Virus record (IMG/VR): IMGVR_UViG_2636415673_000006
Strand: one strand, 5' to 3'
DNA length: 44,007 nucleotides
DNA from: a virus
Taxonomy: Duplodnaviria; Heunggongvirae; Uroviricota; Caudoviricetes
The notes under the pieces are model-generated. The model was not told where the DNA came from and did no database searches. It was given only the letters and a program-made list of their open reading frames with translations. The translations under genes and the position numbers were made by a program. Positions 17,670 to 28,433 of the stretch are shown here, piece by piece. Position 1 is the stretch's first letter. Each line of letters starts with the position of its first letter.

Positions 17670-18629
17670 ATGATAAAAAAACCTGTGATTGGAATCAGCG
17701 GTTGTTTGGCCGGCTCTGCTGTTCGTTTTGATGGTGGTCACAAAAGAGCTGACTTTTTAATGGACAAATTAGTGGAATGGGTAACATTCAGACCAGTATG
17801 TCCGGAAATGGCTATAGGGCTGCCAGTTCCGCGTCCTGCTCTACGTCTTGTGCGCTCGACGCAAGGAAATATACGGATGTGTTTCAGCCACGACCAGAAT
17901 GAGGATGTGACAGAGAGAATGACAGAGTTTAGTCGTTCTTATATGGACAAATTAAAGGATGTATCGGGGTTTGTGGTTTGTGCTAAATCTCCCAGCTGTG
18001 GCATGGAGCGCGTGCGTGTCTATGATGAAAATGGTAATCGAGGTCGTAAAGATGGAGTGGGACTATTTACGAGCACTTTGATGGAAAAGTTTTCCTGGCT
18101 ACCGGTTGAAGAGGATGGGCGATTACATGATCCAGTGCTTCGTGAGAATTTTGTTGAAAGAGTTTTTGCTTTGCATGAGCTCAATCACCTTTACAAGGAG
18201 AAATTATCAAGAAGAGAGTTATTAGCTTTTCATAGTCGTTATAAGCTTCAGTTGTTGGCGCATAGTCAGGCAGGCTATAAAGATATGGGACCATTTGTGG
18301 CTGCAATACACGAGTGGGCGGACCTTGAATCATACTTTGAGGTGTATCGTGATAAGCTGATGGCGATTCTCAGAAAACCTGCATCACGTAAAAATCACAC
18401 GAATGTGCTGATGCATATACAGGGGTATTTTAGTAACTACTTAAGTACACGCCAGCGTAAAGAGTTGAGCGAGGTTATACTTAACTATCGTTCTGGCACA
18501 TTACCTCTTCTTGCGCCGTTGACTCTGCTGAAGCATTATCTGGGTGAGTATCCTAATGATTACTTGCTTACACAGAATTACTTCGCTCCCTATCCGGACG
18601 AACTGGCTCTAAGACTGATGGTAAATTAA
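17670..18629 (+). CDS. YbgA-like protein (DUF523/DUF1722 family)
   Basis: 319-aa ORF; N-terminus PVIGISGCLAGSAVRFDGGHK and domain organisation resemble E. coli YbgA; RBS GGGGGAG before the ATG. Confidence 0.6.
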   Translation: MIKKPVIGISGCLAGSAVRFDGGHKRADFLMDKLVEWVTFRPVCPEMAIGLPVPRPALRLVRSTQGNIRMCFSHDQNEDVTERMTEFSRSYMDKLKDVSGFVVCAKSPSCGMERVRVYDENGNRGRKDGVGLFTSTLMEKFSWLPVEEDGRLHDPVLRENFVERVFALHELNHLYKEKLSRRELLAFHSRYKLQLLAHSQAGYKDMGPFVAAIHEWADLESYFEVYRDKLMAILRKPASRKNHTNVLMHIQGYFSNYLSTRQRKELSEVILNYRSGTLPLLAPLTLLKHYLGEYPNDYLLTQNYFAPYPDELALRLMVN

Positions 18630-18971
18630 TTGTATGCGATATCATCCAAAAGGATGAGTTCCTGCATGCAAGATATTTACAATCGTAAAAACTACACTAT
18701 GATACCCAGAGTGTCAGTTTGTATAAAAACTCTGTTTACGCTGAAGAAACCATTGAGATGCAACTTAAAGTTGGTAAACATGCCAGTCAAAATATATAAT
18801 ATTATGATTCCACGCAGCTATATATAATATAACAGATTGGTTTAATAATTTGTCTTTGTGAGTTAAATACATAATTTTATACTTGTGATGCAATGAGATT
18901 TTCCTTATTGTTGAACTGGCGAATATTGATTTTCCACCTATACTTACCTGGTGTAACCCCAATGATATCAG

Positions 18972-19712
18972 GTGGATAATATGCCATACATATGTTCTAT
19001 CATTTTGGTGTTGAACTCGTTTGATGTCCGAATTGGTAAAGAAGATATTTTGTTTAAAAAAGGAAGTGCTGTTCTCATTGATTACAATTTAAAAGATTTT
19101 TTTTCATCAAATATAGATCATGTAATGATCGTAGATGTTGAAGAGAAAACAGTTAATGATTTCTTTAAAAGCAACACACTCTCACCTTTTTCTGTAAGAA
19201 GGTTTTATCCGGCATACTTGATGGTGGAATGTGAAGATTTTTCATTGTTAAAGAACTTGATTGCATGCTTGAATTGTGATGGCAGAACTGTGGATTTTGT
19301 TAGAAATCAAATATCACTTGCATGTCTTGCTATCTTATCTTCAGAGAAAATAGTGCAAAGTTTTTTATTTGGATGTCTTAATAGTTTAGGAAGTAAAGTT
19401 AAGGCTATTATTCACACGGATATATCTGCAGCATGGAGACTTTGTGATATATCTTCAAGACTGTATCTGAGTGAAAGTCTGTTAAAAAGAAAATTAAAGC
19501 ACGAAGGCTTATCATTTAGTAAGTTAATTCTTGAAGAGCGAATGGTGATGGCGGAAAGGTTATTAAGCTACAATTTATATTCTGTTGGAAAAGTTGCTGA
19601 GATATGCGGTTATGAAAACACGTCATATTTTGTAAGTGTTTTCAGAAGATATTTTGGTGTTCCTCCCCATCAATATTCATCAAGACTTTTTTTAGAAAAA
19701 GACATGATGTAA
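18972..19712 (+). CDS. AraC/XylS-family transcriptional regulator (AppY/EnvY/YbcM-like)
   Basis: 246-aa ORF with C-terminal AraC HTH (VGKVAEICGYENTSYFVSVFRRYFGVPPHQY); very AT-rich gene. Confidence 0.8.
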   Translation: MDNMPYICSIILVLNSFDVRIGKEDILFKKGSAVLIDYNLKDFFSSNIDHVMIVDVEEKTVNDFFKSNTLSPFSVRRFYPAYLMVECEDFSLLKNLIACLNCDGRTVDFVRNQISLACLAILSSEKIVQSFLFGCLNSLGSKVKAIIHTDISAAWRLCDISSRLYLSESLLKRKLKHEGLSFSKLILEERMVMAERLLSYNLYSVGKVAEICGYENTSYFVSVFRRYFGVPPHQYSSRLFLEKDMM

Positions 19713-19773
19713 CGTGATGCGTTTTAATGATTTTGTAATTTTCGTATTTAATAATTGTATGATGCTTTCAGCT

Positions 19774-19806
19774 ACGCCAGAATAATCGCTGGCGTTTTTC
19801 TTTTTG
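19774..19806 (+). terminator. Rho-independent terminator after the AraC-family gene
   Basis: cgccag-aataatc-gctggcg followed by tttttcttttt. Confidence 0.5.
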
Positions 19807-19900
19807 AATAGATGTTCAAGCCTTACGCTAATGTAACTTCTATACCTTTCCTCTTCGTTCCGAACCGTGTACACCATCCGTTATTTGCGGAGGTGAGGCT

Positions 19901-20116
19901 ATGAAATCCATGGATAAGTTAACAACGGGCATTGCCTACGGCACCTCCGCAGGCAGTGCTGGCTACTGGTTTTTACAGCTGCTCGATAAAGTCACGCCCT
20001 CACAGTGGGCAGCAATAGGTGTGCTGGGTAGCTTGGTATTTGGCTTGCTGACGTACCTGACAAACCTTTATTTCAAGATTAAAGAAGATAAGCGCAAGGC
20101 TGCGAGAGGTGAATAA
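19901..20116 (+). CDS. essD: Holin (phage-21 S-type pinholin, EssD-like) with dual-start motif
   Basis: 71-aa [29 protein letters not shown]... with two TM segments and a Met1/Met4 dual start. Confidence 0.85.
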   Translation: MKSMDKLTTGIAYGTSAGSAGYWFLQLLDKVTPSQWAAIGVLGSLVFGLLTYLTNLYFKIKEDKRKAARGE

Positions 20117-20613
20117 TGCCTCCATCATTACGAAAAGCCGTTGCTGCTGCTATTGGTGGCGGAGCAATTGCTATAGCATCAGTGTTAATCACTGGCTCAA
20201 GTGGTAACGATGGTCTGGAGGGTGTCAGCTACATACCATACAAAGATATTGTTGGTGTATGGACTGTATGTCACGGGCATACAGGAAAAGACATCATGCT
20301 CGGTAAAACGTATACCAAAGCAGAATGCAAAGCCCTCCTGAATAAAGACCTTGCCACGGTCGCCAGACAAATTAACCCGTACATAAAAGTTGATATACCG
20401 GAAACAACGCGCGGCGCTCTTTACTCGTTCGTTTACAACGTGGGCGCTGGCAATTTCAGAACATCGACGCTTCTTCGCAAAATAAACCAGGGCGATATCA
20501 AAGGCGCATGTGATCAGCTACGTCGCTGGACATATGCTGGCGGTAAGCAATGGAAAGGTCTCATGACTCGTCGTGAGATTGAGCGTGAAATCTGTTTGTG
20601 GGGTCAGCAATGA
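20116..20613 (+). CDS. rrrD: SAR endolysin (T4-lysozyme-like glycoside hydrolase, phage-21 R type)
   Basis: 165-aa ORF with N-terminal signal-anchor-release segment ([26 protein letters not shown]) and lysozyme-like body. Confidence 0.85.
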   Translation: MPPSLRKAVAAAIGGGAIAIASVLITGSSGNDGLEGVSYIPYKDIVGVWTVCHGHTGKDIMLGKTYTKAECKALLNKDLATVARQINPYIKVDIPETTRGALYSFVYNVGAGNFRTSTLLRKINQGDIKGACDQLRRWTYAGGKQWKGLMTRREIEREICLWGQQ

Positions 20614-21074
20614 ACAGAGTAACCGCGATTATCTCCGCTCTGGTTATCTGCATCATCGTCTGCCTGTCATGGGCTGTTAATCATTACCGCGATAACGCCA
20701 TTACCTACAAAGCCCAGCGCGACAAAAATGCCAGAGAACTGAAGCTGGCGAACTCGACAATTACTGACATGCAGGTGCGCCAGCGTGATGTTGCTGCGCT
20801 CGATGCAAAATACACGAAGGAGTTAGCTGATGCGAAAGCTGAAAATGATGCTCTGCGTGATGATGTTGCCGCTGGTCGTCGTCGGTTGCACATCAAAGCA
20901 GTCTGTCCGGACAAGCATAAAACCACCGCCGCCTCCGGCGTGGATGATGCTTCCAGCCCCAGACTTACTGACACCGCTCAACGGGATTATTTCGTTCTCA
21001 GAGAGCGCATCGAAACCATAACTAACCAATTGAATGGCCTGCAAGAATATGTGAGATCACAGTGTTCATATTAG
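20610..21074 (+). CDS. Rz: Rz i-spanin
   Basis: [47 protein letters not shown]... closely resembles lambda Rz; the track ORF starts at 20598. Confidence 0.85.
   Translation: MNRVTAIISALVICIIVCLSWAVNHYRDNAITYKAQRDKNARELKLANSTITDMQVRQRDVAALDAKYTKELADAKAENDALRDDVAAGRRRLHIKAVCPDKHKTTAASGVDDASSPRLTDTAQRDYFVLRERIETITNQLNGLQEYVRSQCSY
20830..21021 (+). CDS. Rz1: Rz1 o-spanin lipoprotein (embedded in Rz, +1 frame)
   Basis: [23 protein letters not shown]... with lipobox and proline-rich stretch (KPPPPPAW), nested within Rz as in lambda. Confidence 0.75.
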   Translation: MRKLKMMLCVMMLPLVVVGCTSKQSVRTSIKPPPPPAWMMLPAPDLLTPLNGIISFSESASKP

Positions 21075-21112
21075 AAAAGTCTTATCATTAGATTTTTGTA
21101 TATGGATGCATT

Positions 21113-21487
21113 ATGTCTCAATACGCTCACGTTGCTTTAATCGCTTATCATTTGGTGGCTGATAGCTCAATGACTCCTCGTGATGCATGGGATGCAGCTG
21201 TCGCAGAGGTTACAGAAAGCGAATCGTCAAGAAAGAAGATATGCCCAAGGGCAACATTTCTCGCCCTGGCGGATAGCGGTTACCTCAAGAATGTAAAACC
21301 ACTGCATGGGGAGAAAAAGGGCGGTAAGTTGTACCAAAGGGCAATTGAAGTTGCGAATCTGATTCTTGATTTACCCGGAATCAGTAAAGCTGAATTGGTT
21401 GATAAAACTGGTTACAAAGACAGGCAAGGGTCTTATGACCTGATTCTCGCTCTGTATCATCATGAGCAACTCCAGCGATCGGAATAA
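21113..21487 (+). CDS. Hypothetical protein
   Basis: 124-aa ORF after the lysis cassette; no recognised motif. Confidence 0.45.
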   Translation: MSQYAHVALIAYHLVADSSMTPRDAWDAAVAEVTESESSRKKICPRATFLALADSGYLKNVKPLHGEKKGGKLYQRAIEVANLILDLPGISKAELVDKTGYKDRQGSYDLILALYHHEQLQRSE

Positions 21488-21604
21488 TTATCCCAGCATC
21501 AGTGTCAAAAATAGGCAGTGATACGCTATTTTCCTGAAAATACTTTACTAACATTTTATGAGAATTATCCTAGTGATGTGTTTATTTAAAAGGAGTTTGG
21601 GTTT

Positions 21605-21808
21605 ATGAAAATTCTCTGGGTCATCAGTCTTTTGTGTAGTGCTATTGGATTTATTGAAGGAATCCTCGGGGTTTTCGGTGCTCAGAGTGCTCCACAACAG
21701 GCTGCAGGTGCAGCAATGGGAGTAGCATGGGCAGTTATTCCATATTGTATTTGTCGTGCTATCCAACAATTGCGCCCTCGAGAAGTCATTATTAAAAAGG
21801 AAGAATGA
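21605..21808 (+). CDS. Small membrane protein (YbcW-like)
   Basis: 67-aa hydrophobic ORF; position matches DLP12 ybcW. Confidence 0.4.
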   Translation: MKILWVISLLCSAIGFIEGILGVFGAQSAPQQAAGAAMGVAWAVIPYCICRAIQQLRPREVIIKKEE

Positions 21809-21873
21809 CCAGATCTTATCCGGTGTTTTTTCTGTCTAAGCCTCGCGTCGCGGGGCTTTTTATTGGAGCCAGC

Positions 21874-22224
21874 ATGCCCCCACGAACCCCAAAAGCCTGC
21901 CGTGTTCGCGGCTGCCGCCATACCACCACTGACCCGTCAGGCTATTGCGAAAGCCACAAAAGCGAAGGCTGGAAGCAATACAAACCTGGACAATCCCGTC
22001 ATCAGCGCGGCTACGGTTCGAAGTGGGACAGTATCCGCGCGCGTGTCCTGAAGCGTGACAAAGGCCTGTGTCAGTTATGTCTGCGTTCTGGTGTGGTGCG
22101 TGAGGCGAAAACTGTTGACCACATCATCCCTAAAGCGCATGGCGGCACTGATGCTGACAGTAATCTGCAGAGTCTGTGCTGGCCGTGCCATAAGGCGAAG
22201 ACGGCCCGTGAACGGTTAAAGTGA
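21874..22224 (+). CDS. HNH endonuclease (terminase-associated)
   Basis: Cys/His zinc-binding and HNH motifs (CRVRGCRH...CESH ... CQLC...VDHIIPKAHGG...NLQSLCWPCHKAKT); immediately upstream of TerS as in HK97-like packaging modules. Start at the internal Met; track ORF starts at 21805. Confidence 0.8.
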   Translation: MPPRTPKACRVRGCRHTTTDPSGYCESHKSEGWKQYKPGQSRHQRGYGSKWDSIRARVLKRDKGLCQLCLRSGVVREAKTVDHIIPKAHGGTDADSNLQSLCWPCHKAKTARERLK

Positions 22225-22349
22225 TAATAATTCTCAACTGTCTGAGGGGAGGGGCGGGTCAAATCCCTGTGACCTGACGTCTTCCGGACTGCCCGCCCCA
22301 TCGTTTTTTTATACCCGCGAAAAATGAAATTTAACCAGGAGTGCCGCAT

Positions 22350-22844
22350 ATGGCTGGAACGGCGGGGCGTTCCGGGCGTCGCCCCAAGCCAACGGCGCGC
22401 AAGGCGCTGGCCGGAAACCCCGGCAAGCGAGCCCTGAATAAAGATGAACCTGTTTTTACGCCCATCAAAGGTGTTGAGCCACCGGAGTGGTTCGCTGAAG
22501 AAGATCTCCCTCTCGCTACGATCATGTGGCAACTGACAACTAAAGAACTCTGCGGTCAGGGCCTGCTGTGCGTGACTGACCTTGCGGTGCTTGAGCGGTG
22601 GTGCGTGGCCTACGAGTTCTGGCGACGTGCCGTGAAAAATATTGCCAGACAGGGCAACACCATCACCGGTGCAATGGGCGGTATGGTCAAAAATCCGGAG
22701 CTGACCGCCAAAAAAGAACAGGAGTCCGAGATGAGCAGTACGGGGGCAATGCTCGGACTCGACCCCAGCAGCCGCCAGCGTCTGATTGGCCTGGCGGGGA
22801 AGAAGAAAGCCACTAACCCGTTTCTGAAAATCATCGAATCATGA
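22350..22844 (+). CDS. Terminase small subunit (P27 family)
   Basis: [34 protein letters not shown]... typical of P27-family TerS; RBS AGGAG 8 nt upstream; stop overlaps the TerL ATG (ATGA). Confidence 0.8.
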   Translation: MAGTAGRSGRRPKPTARKALAGNPGKRALNKDEPVFTPIKGVEPPEWFAEEDLPLATIMWQLTTKELCGQGLLCVTDLAVLERWCVAYEFWRRAVKNIARQGNTITGAMGGMVKNPELTAKKEQESEMSSTGAMLGLDPSSRQRLIGLAGKKKATNPFLKIIES

Positions 22845-24574
22845 GCCGGAAATCTTACCCCAACGTAAATGCTGCCAATCAGTATGCCCGGGATGTCGTG
22901 CGCGGAAAGATTGTGGCCTGCCAGTTTGTGATTCAGGCCTGCCAGCGCCATCTTGATGACCTGATGGCGGAAAAAAGTAAGTCGTTTAGTTACCGCTTCG
23001 ACAAGGACCTGGCTGAACGGGCCGCCAAATTTATTCAGCTGTTGCCGCACACCAAGGGTGAGTGGGCATTCAAGAGGATGCCCATCACGCTGGAGCCGTG
23101 GCAGCTCTTTGTGATCTGCTGCGCGTTTGGCTGGGTCAATAAAGGCTCCCGGCTGCGCCGCTTCCGGGAGGTGTATACCGAAATCCCCCGTAAGAACGGC
23201 AAATCAGCAATCTCTGCCGGTGTCGCCCTGTATTGTTTTGCCTGTGATAACGAGTTCGGCGCGGAAGTGTATTCCGGTGCCACGACGGAGAAACAGGCAT
23301 GGGAAGTCTTTCGTCCGGCAAGACTGATGTGTAAACGCACACCCATGCTGACGGAAGCGTTCGGGATTGAGGTTAACGCCTCAAACATGAACCGTCCGGA
23401 GGATGGCGCGCGGTTTGAACCGCTGATCGGTAACCCTGGTGATGGTTCATCACCCCACTGTGCGGTGGTGGATGAATATCACGAGCACGCCACCGATGCG
23501 CTTTATACCACAATGCTTACCGGGATGGGGGCGCGACGTCAGCCACTGATGTGGGCCATCACCACCGCCGGGTACAACATTGAGGGGCCGTGCTACGACA
23601 AGCGGCGGGAAGTTATCGAGATGCTCAACGGTTCGGTACCCAACGATGAACTGTTCGGGATCATCTATACCGTTGATGAAGGTGACGACTGGACCGACCC
23701 GCAGGTGCTGGAAAAAGCCAATCCAAATATTGGCGTGTCGGTTTATCGCGAATTTTTGTTAAGTCAGCAGCAGCGTGCGAAAAATAACGCCCGTCTGGCA
23801 AACGTCTTTAAAACAAAACACCTCAATATCTGGGTGTCGGCGCGTTCGGCGTATTTCAACCTGGTGAGCTGGCAGAGCTGCGAGGATAAATCACTGACCC
23901 TTGAGCAGTTCGAGGGGCAGCCGTGCATTCTGGCCTTTGACCTGGCGCGTAAGCTGGATATGAACAGCATGGCGCGACTTTATACCCGCGAGATTGACGG
24001 TAAAACGCATTACTACAGTGTGGCCCCGCGTTTCTGGGTACCGTATGACACGGTGTACAGCGTCGAGAAAAATGAAGATCGCCGGACAGCCGAACGCTTT
24101 CAGAAATGGGTGGAAATGGGCGTTCTGACCGTTACCGATGGTGCGGAGGTGGATTATCGCTACATCCTCGAGGAGGCCAAAGCGGCGAACAAAATCAGCC
24201 CGGTCAGTGAGTCACCCATCGACCCCTTCGGGGCGACCGGGTTGTCACATGACCTTGCTGATGAAGACCTGAACCCCATCACTATCATTCAGAACTACAC
24301 CAACATGTCCGACCCGATGAAAGAGCTGGAAGCGGCAATTGAATCGGGGCGCTTTCATCATGATGGCAATCCCATCATGACCTGGTGTATCGGCAACGTG
24401 GTCGGCAAAACCATTCCGGGTAACGATGATGTGGTGAAGCCCGTCAAAGAGCAGGCGGAAAACAAAATCGATGGTGCAGTTGCGCTGATTATGGCGGTTG
24501 GCAGAGCCATGCTGTACGAGAAAGAAGACACGCTGTCTGACCACATTGAGTCCTATGGGATCCGCTCGCTTTAA
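22841..24574 (+). CDS. Terminase large subunit
   Basis: 577-aa ORF directly after TerS; ATPase region ([10 protein letters not shown]...VVDEYHEH) and C-terminal nuclease region. Confidence 0.85.
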
Positions 24575-24585
24575 CTGAGGTAATT

Positions 24586-24768
24586 ATGATCATGCTGATT
24601 CTCGCGCCTCTGGTGGGCGTGCTGGGGGCGCTTTTGCTGGCGTATGGTGCCTGGCTGATTTATCCCCCGGCGGGGTTTGTTGTTGCCGGGGCGTTGTGCC
24701 TGTTCTGGTCGTGGCTGGTGGCGCGATATCTCGACCGTACACAGTCGTCTGTCGGCGGAGGTAAATAG
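24586..24768 (+). CDS. Small hydrophobic hypothetical protein
   Basis: 60-aa two-TM ORF between TerL and portal. Confidence 0.3.
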
Positions 24769-26009
24769 TGTTCTTTTCGGGATTATTTCAACGAAAAAGT
24801 GACGCACCGGTGACCACGCCAGCAGAGCTGGCGGATGCTATCGGGTTGTCCTACGACACCTATACCGGAAAGCAGGTCAGCAGCCAGCGGGCCATGCGAC
24901 TGACGGCGGTTTTTTCCTGTGTCAGGGTGCTGGCGGAGTCGGTCGGGATGTTGCCCTGCAACCTGTATCACCTGAACGGCAGCCTGAAGCAGAGAGCCAC
25001 TGGCGAACGTCTGCATAAGCTGATCTCCACGCATCCCAATGGCTATATGACGCCGCAGGAGTTCTGGGAGCTGGTGGTCACCTGTCTGTGCCTGCGGGGA
25101 AACTTTTACGCCTACAAAGTGAAAGCATTTGGCGAAGTGGCTGAACTGCTGCCCGTCGATCCCAGCTGTGTGGTACCGAAGCTTAACAGTAGCTGGGAGC
25201 CGGTCTATCAGGTCACATTCCCGGATGGCTCCACGGATGTACTGAGCCAGGAGGATATCTGGCATGTGCGCACGCTGACGCTGGACGGACTGGTGGGGCT
25301 GAATCCCATCGCCTATGCCCGCGAGGCAATATCGCTGGCGGCAGCGACCGAAGAGCACGGGGCCAGACTGTTCAGCAATGGCGCGGTGACGTCGGGTGTG
25401 TTGCGTACAGAGCAGACGCTGTCAGATCAGGCTTATGAGCGCCTGAAGAAAGATTTTGAGGAGCGTCACACCGGGCTTGGCAATGCTCACCGCCCGATGA
25501 TCCTTGAGATGGGACTGGACTGGAAGTCGATGGCGCTGAACGCCGAGGACAGCCAGTTCCTGGAAACCCGCAAGTTTCAGCTTGAAGAAATCTGTCGTCT
25601 GTTCCGGGTGCCGTTGCACATGGTGCAGAACACCGATCGCGCCACCTTCAACAATATCGAAGAGCTGGGGCTGGGATTTATCAACTATTCACTGGTGCCG
25701 TATCTGACCCGCATCGAACAGCGGATCAACACCGGACTGGTACGAAAAAGTAAGCAGGGCGTTTATTACGCCAAATTTAACGCCGGGGCGTTACTGCGCG
25801 GGGATATGAAGTCCCGTTTTGAAGCCTACGCCACCGGGATCAACTGGGGAATTTACTCTCCCAATGACTGCCGCGACCTGGAAGATATGAATCCACGACC
25901 CGGTGGTGATGTCTATCTCACACCGATGAACATGACCACGAAACCCTCCGATGGCAGTAAAGCCGGTAAGCAGAAGGATAACGCCAATGCAGACGAAACA
26001 ACGTCTTGA
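24768..26009 (+). CDS. Portal protein (HK97 family)
   Basis: 413-aa ORF in the canonical position; GTG start with RBS GGAGG. Confidence 0.8.
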   Translation: MFFSGLFQRKSDAPVTTPAELADAIGLSYDTYTGKQVSSQRAMRLTAVFSCVRVLAESVGMLPCNLYHLNGSLKQRATGERLHKLISTHPNGYMTPQEFWELVVTCLCLRGNFYAYKVKAFGEVAELLPVDPSCVVPKLNSSWEPVYQVTFPDGSTDVLSQEDIWHVRTLTLDGLVGLNPIAYAREAISLAAATEEHGARLFSNGAVTSGVLRTEQTLSDQAYERLKKDFEERHTGLGNAHRPMILEMGLDWKSMALNAEDSQFLETRKFQLEEICRLFRVPLHMVQNTDRATFNNIEELGLGFINYSLVPYLTRIEQRINTGLVRKSKQGVYYAKFNAGALLRGDMKSRFEAYATGINWGIYSPNDCRDLEDMNPRPGGDVYLTPMNMTTKPSDGSKAGKQKDNANADETTS

Positions 26010-26637
26010 TGTACCGCTGAGTCTGAAATCTGTCAGTGACTCCGGTGAGTTTGAAGGGTATGGCTCCGTCTTTGGTGTAAAGGACAGCCACGATGATGTG
26101 GTGATGTCCGGGGCATTTGCTGCTTCCCTGCGGGCGTGGAGTGACAGAAAAGCGTTACCTGCGCTGCTCTGGCAGCACCGCATGGATGAACCCATCGGTG
26201 TTTACACCGAAATGAAGGAAGACGATGTCGGGCTTTACGTCAGGGGACGGTTGCTTATTGATGATGATCCCCTCGCAAAACGCGCACATGCACACATGAA
26301 GGCCGGTTCGTTAACCGGCCTTTCTATTGGGTACGTCCTGAAAGACTGGGAATACGACCGGAGCAAAGAAGCCTTTCTGCTGAAAGAAATCGACCTCTGG
26401 GAAGTCAGCCTGGTGACGTTCCCGTCTAACGACGAGGCGCGGATCAGCGACGTCAAGAACGCACTGGCCCGCGGGGAAATCCCCGAACAGAAAAAAATCG
26501 AAAGAGTCCTGCGTGATGTCGGACTCTCCCGTACCCAGGCCAAAGCATTCATGGCCGGGGGCTATGGCGCACTGTCCCTGCGCGACGCTGAGGATGTGGG
26601 CTCTGCACTGAATGCACTGAAAAATCTGAACTTCTAA
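25951..26637 (+). CDS. Prohead maturation protease (HK97 family, S78/U35)
   Basis: 228-aa ORF between portal and capsid; alternative start at ATG 25987. Confidence 0.75.
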   Translation: MAVKPVSRRITPMQTKQRLDVPLSLKSVSDSGEFEGYGSVFGVKDSHDDVVMSGAFAASLRAWSDRKALPALLWQHRMDEPIGVYTEMKEDDVGLYVRGRLLIDDDPLAKRAHAHMKAGSLTGLSIGYVLKDWEYDRSKEAFLLKEIDLWEVSLVTFPSNDEARISDVKNALARGEIPEQKKIERVLRDVGLSRTQAKAFMAGGYGALSLRDAEDVGSALNALKNLNF

Positions 26638-26651
26638 TCAGGAGAAATACG

Positions 26652-27857
26652 ATGGCGGTTGATATTAAAGATGTCGAACAGGTCGCGCAGGAGCTGCAGC
26701 AGAAGTTTGACGACTTCAAAGCAAAGAACGACAAGCGCGTGGATGCGATTGAGCAGGAAAAAGGCAAGCTTGCCGGGCAGGTGGAAACCCTGAACGGGAA
26801 ACTCAGCGAGCTGGAAAATCTCAAAAGCGACCTTGAAAAAGAGCTGCTTGAGCTGAAACGTCCGGCAGGTGGAGCGCAAAATAAACTGGCCACCGAGCAT
26901 AAAGAGGCGTTTGTGGGCTTCCTGCGTAAAGGCCGTGAAGACGGTCTGCGCGATCTGGAGCGTAAGGCATTGCAGGTGGGTACCGATGAAGACGGTGGCT
27001 ACGCCGTGCCGGAAGAACTGGATCGCAACATTCTTAACCTGCTGAAAGATGAAGTGGTGATGCGTCAGGAAGCCACGGTGATCACCGTTGGCGGTTCCGA
27101 CTACAAAAAACTGGTGAATCTGGGCGGTACGGCTTCCGGATGGGTGGGGGAAACGGATACGCGATCCCAGACTGCCACCTCCAGACTGGAGCTGATTGAA
27201 CCTCTCATGGGGGAAATCTACGGCAACCCGCAGGCTACCCAGAAAATGCTGGACGATGCCTTCTTCAACGTGGAGGCCTGGATCAACAGCGAGCTGGCAA
27301 CCGAATTTGCCGAACAGGAAGAAATTGCCTTTACCTCAGGCAATGGCACCAAGAAGCCGAAAGGGTTCCTGGCGTATGAATCCACTGATGAAACCGACAA
27401 GGTCCGGGCGTTCGGCAAACTTCAGCATATTGTATCCGGCGAAGCGACCGCGGTGACCGCAGACGCCATTATCAAACTGATTTACACGCTGCGTAAGGCA
27501 CACCGCACTGGCGCGAAGTTCATGATGAACAACAACAGCCTGTTTGCCATACGTCTGCTGAAAGACACCGAGGGTAACTATCTGTGGCGTCCGGGGCTGG
27601 AACTGGGGCAGCCGTCCTCTCTGGCGGGTTACGGTATCGCTGAAAACGAACAGATGCCGGATATCGCCGCTGATGCGAAAGCCATTGCATTTGGTAACTT
27701 CAAACGGGGTTACACCATCGTTGACCGTATCGGCACCCGCATTCTGCGTGACCCGTACACCAATAAACCGTTTGTCGGTTTTTATACCACCAAGCGCACC
27801 GGCGGGATGCTGGTCGATTCGCAGGCCATCAAACTGCTGAAGATTGCAGCGGCGTAA
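26652..27857 (+). CDS. Major capsid protein (HK97 fold) with N-terminal coiled-coil delta/scaffold domain
   Basis: 401-aa ORF; N-terminal about 100 aa is a charged coiled coil (KFDDFKAKNDKRVDAIEQEKGKLAGQVETLNGKLSELENLK); RBS GGAGA. Confidence 0.8.
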   Translation: MAVDIKDVEQVAQELQQKFDDFKAKNDKRVDAIEQEKGKLAGQVETLNGKLSELENLKSDLEKELLELKRPAGGAQNKLATEHKEAFVGFLRKGREDGLRDLERKALQVGTDEDGGYAVPEELDRNILNLLKDEVVMRQEATVITVGGSDYKKLVNLGGTASGWVGETDTRSQTATSRLELIEPLMGEIYGNPQATQKMLDDAFFNVEAWINSELATEFAEQEEIAFTSGNGTKKPKGFLAYESTDETDKVRAFGKLQHIVSGEATAVTADAIIKLIYTLRKAHRTGAKFMMNNNSLFAIRLLKDTEGNYLWRPGLELGQPSSLAGYGIAENEQMPDIAADAKAIAFGNFKRGYTIVDRIGTRILRDPYTNKPFVGFYTTKRTGGMLVDSQAIKLLKIAAA

Positions 27858-27906
27858 TCATTCAGGGGGCGCAGAAGTGCGCCCCTGTTCTGACGGGTGA
27901 AGAATC

Positions 27907-28107
27907 ATGATCCTGAAACAAGATCTGAAATGGTCACCGGACGGTATGCGTGTTGAGGTCATTCGGGCCGGTGAGTATGACGACGGGGCGCTTCCTGCCC
28001 GGGTGCAGGAGATTGCACTTCAGGCCGGGTTAGCAGAGCGCGGAACCAGTGCAAAAAGCAGTAAAGCGACAAAAGAGAAAAAAGCCACGACCAGTAAAGA
28101 GGGCTGA
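27907..28107 (+). CDS. Hypothetical small head-module protein
   Basis: 66-aa ORF after the capsid gene with Lys/Ser-rich tail. Confidence 0.35.
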   Translation: MILKQDLKWSPDGMRVEVIRAGEYDDGALPARVQEIALQAGLAERGTSAKSSKATKEKKATTSKEG

Positions 28108-28109
28108 GT

Positions 28110-28433
28110 ATGCTTCTGACAATGGAAGAGATTAAAGCCCAACTCCGGCTGGATGAGGATTTCGATGCTGATGACCGCCATCTGCAACTGCTGGCCTGTG
28201 CGGCGCAAAAGCGGACGGAAACGTATCTGAACCGGAAGCTCTATGCACCGGATGAAACCATTCCGGACAGCGATCCGGACGGACTACACCTGCCGGATGA
28301 TATTCGTCTGGGGATGCTGATGCTTATCAGCCATTTTTACGAAAACCGCTCGTCGGTTACGGAAGTGGAGAAACTCGACATGCCGCAGAGTTTTGGCTGG
28401 CTTGTCAGCCCGTACAGGTACTTTCCGCAATGA
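28110..28433 (+). CDS. Head-tail connector protein (gp6-like)
   Basis: 107-aa ORF; position and size fit gp6-like connector proteins. Confidence 0.55.
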   Translation: MLLTMEEIKAQLRLDEDFDADDRHLQLLACAAQKRTETYLNRKLYAPDETIPDSDPDGLHLPDDIRLGMLMLISHFYENRSSVTEVEKLDMPQSFGWLVSPYRYFPQ

